From Tubiluchus corallicola (taxonomy: Eukaryota > Animalia > Priapulida), in the NCBI GenBank assembly GCA_030141605.1, contig JAQGDQ010000257.1:124001-188000 (forward strand): a DNA stretch of 64,000 bases, read 5' to 3'. The position numbers were made by a program, and so were the translations under genes. The notes below the pieces were generated by a model, which worked only from the letters and a program-made list of their open reading frames with translations, was not told the origin of the DNA and searched no databases. This document shows, piece by piece, positions 59,513 through 64,000 of this stretch. Each line of letters starts with the position of its first letter. Position 1 is the stretch's first letter.

Positions 59513-62500
59513 TTAGCTGGGCTCGGGCGATTCTACGGGTGATATGACGATTCCCTTTTTGTTCATTATCGCTGTTAGTTCTTCATCTTCGATCTTTTCT
59601 CTAGAAAAATAAGAATAATGATTTCTGCAAATATTACAAAAATAGTATCATTACACCTCCGGTTTCAAACGTGTTTTACTATTAATTCTGTAGAATGCTT
59701 AAGCCTGGAATTTCTAGAATTTTTTTTAAGAAAGTGCAAGAACTGGTGAAATGCTGCATTATTAAAAAGACACAAGTTGTTGTTTATGATCAAACTAACA
59801 GCCATACTCATGCACATACATATTAATGGATTTCAATTTTCTATATAGTTTAGACATGGACAGTAAACCTGCAAAAACATTTCTAGTGATAATGATGTTA
59901 ACTGAAAATCAAATTCATCAATCACTACCAAGAATTAGCGTTTTAAATGTAAAATACCTACTTATCAGCAAATAACTCAGAATTTCACAGGGGCAACACA
60001 AAGATCAAATAAATTTAATATTAAAAACTTAAATCAGCTGTCTGATACTAAATAAAATATATGCTATATACAATATAAAGGGATAAGCTGAGAAATTTTC
60101 TATGAATGCTAAAGTTGTGTATAAGTGAAATTTTTTTGAAACACGTGGCACAGAAAAAAGGTGTGCCATATTGCAATAAGACATATAAGAAAACAAACTT
60201 ATACTGCTTTTACCAACAATAATTACACAAAACCTTTTGAAAGTTTTAATAACAGCAAATGATAAGAATTAGACTCAATCAATTTTAGAAATAAATGACA
60301 TGGAAATAATGAACCAAGTGTAACTTGAGTTTAGTTTTCTGTATGGTAACGAAATCGTTAGTATACCTGCCCTGTACACCTCAAACAGTTTTTAGAAATA
60401 AATGAAATGGAAATAATGAACTAAGTGCAACTTTAGTTCAGTATTGTGCATGGTAACCAAATCATTAGTATACCTGCCCTGTACACCTCACTTCTTATTG
60501 AAGACTCTTCTCACTTTGTTTATATGAAAGGCATAAAAAACTGACTTATTGTTTGACTATAGCCTCAATCTACTTACTTGAGTCGCTCTTCTTCAAGCAT
60601 TGTTACTAACGCATCTCTTTGTTCCACAACCTCTATCATCTCAGCTAGCATCTTCTCCTCCGACTCTTTTTCCTTCTTACTTTTCTTCTTTTTCTCTGAA
60701 AAGATATCATGTCGTGTACTTTTGTAGAATTAGGACACTAAAATGATTATGACTAAGTGCACAATATGATGGCAAAAAAAACTGGATAAACTGTCTGATG
60801 TGGGCTTTTTGTCAAACACTGCATGTTCTCTTAAAAAACTTACATTTTTATTCAGTTTCAAACCATTTAGACGAGTGATAATAGTTGCATGCTTTGTAAC
60901 TAAAGTTAAGGAACGCCGAACCTCGTTAAAGACTAGTTAGATGACTAAAAGGTTCAAGACTAAAACCAAGATGCCGTTGCCAGCTTAGTATCTCAACTTA
61001 CAGGATAAGCCTTGATAAAAAACCAGGTACCAGTACTGCCACAAACATCCATGTTAAGTAGGCCTTGTCATTGAGTACTGGATTCCACCTTCAGTGAGCC
61101 AAACTGTGCTAAACTTTATAAAAACTAGTATGTTTGCAAGTCAGAAGCGTGATACTGAATAATAATGATGTACAAAGGATTGTAGACATGATAAAATCTT
61201 ACCTATTCAAAATGAGCAACATTTACAAGTTTAAACTGTAAAGGATCAATACAGCCAAATGTCAGATTAAAATAGTTTAACAAACACAAAATTACTTACC
61301 AGCAGTTTTAACCATAAGATCCCGTAGGTCTTGTTCAAGACGATCATGTCTGTCTTCCAGTTCAAGCTCCTTAATGCTACAAGTAAAAATCAATATTTAA
61401 GTTATCATAATTTTCAATTGTTTCTCAGATTCTAGATAACACAAACTTAAATTACTGTTCATTTTATTATCACAACTGACAATGTGATTAAAAATGTTCA
61501 ATATTAAGTGTTTTAATTAGTTTACATGTTTTTAGTTTTAACCAATCAGATGCATAATCGATTTATAGATTCTGCTATTAACAATTTCGCAAAATGAGCT
61601 AGCATATTATCTTATACTCCAGTCACTTTGCTTTTGAATTAAATGACATCCATTCAGCAAGTAATAAGCAATTTTACCTACAACAAAGTCATACAGGAAC
61701 AGATTCCAAAAACCAACTGCTGTCACTAAAAATGATAAATCCAAAGAGTGCATAAATTTACCCTAAGAAACCTCATATGTTTACCTGGAGAAAACCTCAC
61801 AAATTTACCTGAAGAAATCTCATAAGTTTACCTGAAGAAGCCGCATAAGTTTACCTGGAGAAACTGACTAGCAAACTACCTTAACACTAAACTGTCTAAG
61901 CAACCAGAACAGCATTTGAATATTTATTGCATAGATACTACAACAACGGGTTTCTGGTTCAACCAACATTTCATTCATGTATAAACACATATTTCAAACA
62001 TATACAGGTCTAGCTTATATATTTAAGTTCAGCAAGTCAAGCATACGTGGGCAGTTTCTAACTTACCGAATCATGAGCTCACTTTCTCGCCGAACTATCA
62101 CATTCTTCTCATGGACTAGATTGAACCACTCCTGCATCACCTCTGCCTCATCGTTCCCCGCTTCTGGTCCTTCACCTCTCAACGCTTGCTCCACAATCAT
62201 GGCCCGCTCCTCTCTCTCTTTCTGCTTCACTTCTAGCTCTTCCAGTTCGCGTTGAAGTTCTTGTGCTGTGTGAAGTCGATTCACTTGATCTTGTTTGGCT
62301 CGATTAGCGACTGCCTTTTTTGCTCGGACAAGAGTAGAATCATTCTTGAAAGAGAAAAATGTACGTTTGTTTACATGGCATCAAGAAACTAAGCAATTAT
62401 TACGACATTTGTACTATAACAATACAGCATTGTAAATAGTCCTTAACAAAGAGAATCATGTACAAAAGACTTGTGTTTAGACATCTGGAATTAACTGATT

Positions 62501-63272
62501 GACATTTGCTTGTGAATTTAATACGTTTTGGCATATATGCTACTATCAATGGCACCAGTTTGTGTAGAACAGTGAACTGAAAACAGCATTGAAAATGAAG
62601 CAAATTCCTAGGGTAAATCAATCTAGAAAAACAACGAATTATTCAGATGCCATTTGGATTTAGTTTGCTGCTACTAATTGGCTCTACGACTGGTGCTTAA
62701 ATGAAACTAAATAAGATTAAATAAAAATCTGAACAAACACAAAAACTAAACTCCTGCCACACGACATATACAGACGTAAATCAGCATTATTTTGGTTGAT
62801 AGCAAGCAGGAAAAGGAATGTAGCAAAGGCTCATTTTTTTGGCCAAAACACATTTAAAGAGTTAATGATCATTATGTTAAGAAAATTTATTAAAAATAAT
62901 ACATTTTATAGCCACATTATCTAATATTGCGTCCATTATCATAAAATACGTGCAAATTAGAACCATCATAACAAGGATTTTGGAATTTTGTTATTTTAGG
63001 ATGAGCACATGTACATCAAATTCATAGCAACTTACATAAACAGGTTTTGTTGTTGACGGCCCATGAGTGCTACCCAGCACCCCGTTTGGCGAATGCTCTA
63101 GGAATGTATCATCATCTGACAGGTTCTCCTCTTCTGCCGTTGGAGGGTCAGTGGACCGATCCAAATCACTCATCGACAAACGCAATCGATGAGCTCCAGC
63201 AGCACATGCAGAGCTGCTGTCATCTGGTGTCAGCGACTTGCGTTTCTTCTTCTTCTTCATGGGCAGTTTCAT
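59513..63272 (-). CDS. MICAL3: MICAL family protein (MICAL3-like), C-terminal bMERB/Rab-binding coiled-coil; 5'-partial
   Basis: Exons 63272-63036, 62344-62067, 61376-61300, 60695-60578, 59600-59513 in frame: RLHTAQELQRELEE..VEQALRGE..MQEWFNLVHEKNVIVRRESELMIRIKELELEDRHDRLEQDLR..AEMIEVVEQRDALVTMLEEERLKEKIED, resembling the MICAL3 C-terminus; upstream domains are outside the window, so exact orthology is unverified. Confidence 0.8.
60283..60490. repeat. ~107-bp tandem duplication in a MICAL intron
   Basis: ttttagaaataaatga...gtatacctgccctgtacacctca twice. Confidence 0.9.
61757..61865. repeat. ~22-23-bp degenerate tandem repeat (tttacctgaagaaacctcataa), ~5 copies
   Basis: Direct reading. Confidence 0.8.
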
Positions 63273-63492
63273 CTATAACAATGAGTAACTTTAGGGAGTA
63301 AAAAAGTCTGGCTACCTCAAAACTTACTTTTCTCACAAAGTGCAGTAAGAGACAAGTAATTTTAGCTGTTAACAATAATAAAACAAGGTGAAATCAGTGT
63401 ACAGGTTCTCTTAGCTCTACTCTGCTTGTAAGCAAGAAATATTTGATAAATAAATTCTAAGCTAAAAAAGTTAAATGCTATAATAGTAAGTA

Positions 63493-64000
63493 CAGTAAGT
63501 CCTCGCTTAACGATGCTAATGCGTTCCAGCAAAATGCAACGTTAAGCGAAACGTCACTAAACAAAACCAAGACTTTCATAGAAAGTAATATGAAGGAATT
63601 GAGATGCCTTCCAGAAGCAAAAATCAATGCTGCTTAAGTCATATACATCAAATGTTTTATGAATTTTATTCATATTTTTACTGATTAATTTCTTCCTGTT
63701 TGCTTGAAATCACCCATCTTTCTTACCAATATCTAGCTAGACTTGCTAGCGTCTCTTGAAGCCTGTATATAGGCAGTTAGAGTTAAACACTGCATAATGA
63801 AGCCAAGCCCTGCATGAAATGACCTTGAGACAATTTCAGGTAGTAGTAATCTGGTTGTTATTGCAACAAGTTGCAGACAAAATTCCTTGGCATAAAGTTT
63901 AAATTCGGTTGTCTGGAGACGTATAAATCAGCAGATTGATCTCGCTTGATGCAAATGGCTAGAATTTAGTACGTAGTCAGTTGGGAAACAAAAGCAGTAT
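63493..64000. mobile_element. Tigger/pogo-like element, second copy, cut by the window edge
   Basis: TA|cagtaagtcctcgcttaacg terminus; collinear with 8333-8670. Confidence 0.8.

Overview
AT-rich, intron-containing invertebrate (metazoan) genomic DNA; no prokaryotic features. Six protein-coding genes can be spliced together by hand. They are: the 3' part of a TEAD/scalloped transcription factor (+); WASHC3/CCDC53 (-), head-to-head with a beta-tubulin (+) across a short promoter holding an RFX X-box and an E2F-like site; a tandem pair of unusual 9-exon papain-family (C1A) cysteine proteases (-); and the 3' end (bMERB domain) of a MICAL3-like gene (-). Introns and intergenic DNA carry many MITEs (hAT-, Tigger- and Harbinger-like), CR1/L2-like LINE fragments, a tRNA-derived SINE, minisatellites and microsatellites. 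The most interesting item is the protease pair. Both join a cathepsin-L-type I29 propeptide to a catalytic domain with cathepsin-B-like N-terminal signatures but no occluding loop, and both have a doubly acidic predicted S2 pocket (His-Glu; Asp at the papain-205 position). One paralog carries a prohormone-like N-terminal array of RGD-containing repeats with RP-GRR sites plus a hydrophobic C-terminal tail. Other notable items are a candidate 21-nt TEAD microexon, a GC-AG intron in beta-tubulin, a MITE flanked by a 29-bp duplication, and decayed Penelope-type hammerhead relics. All gene models come from manual translation and splice-site reading; no database search was run.
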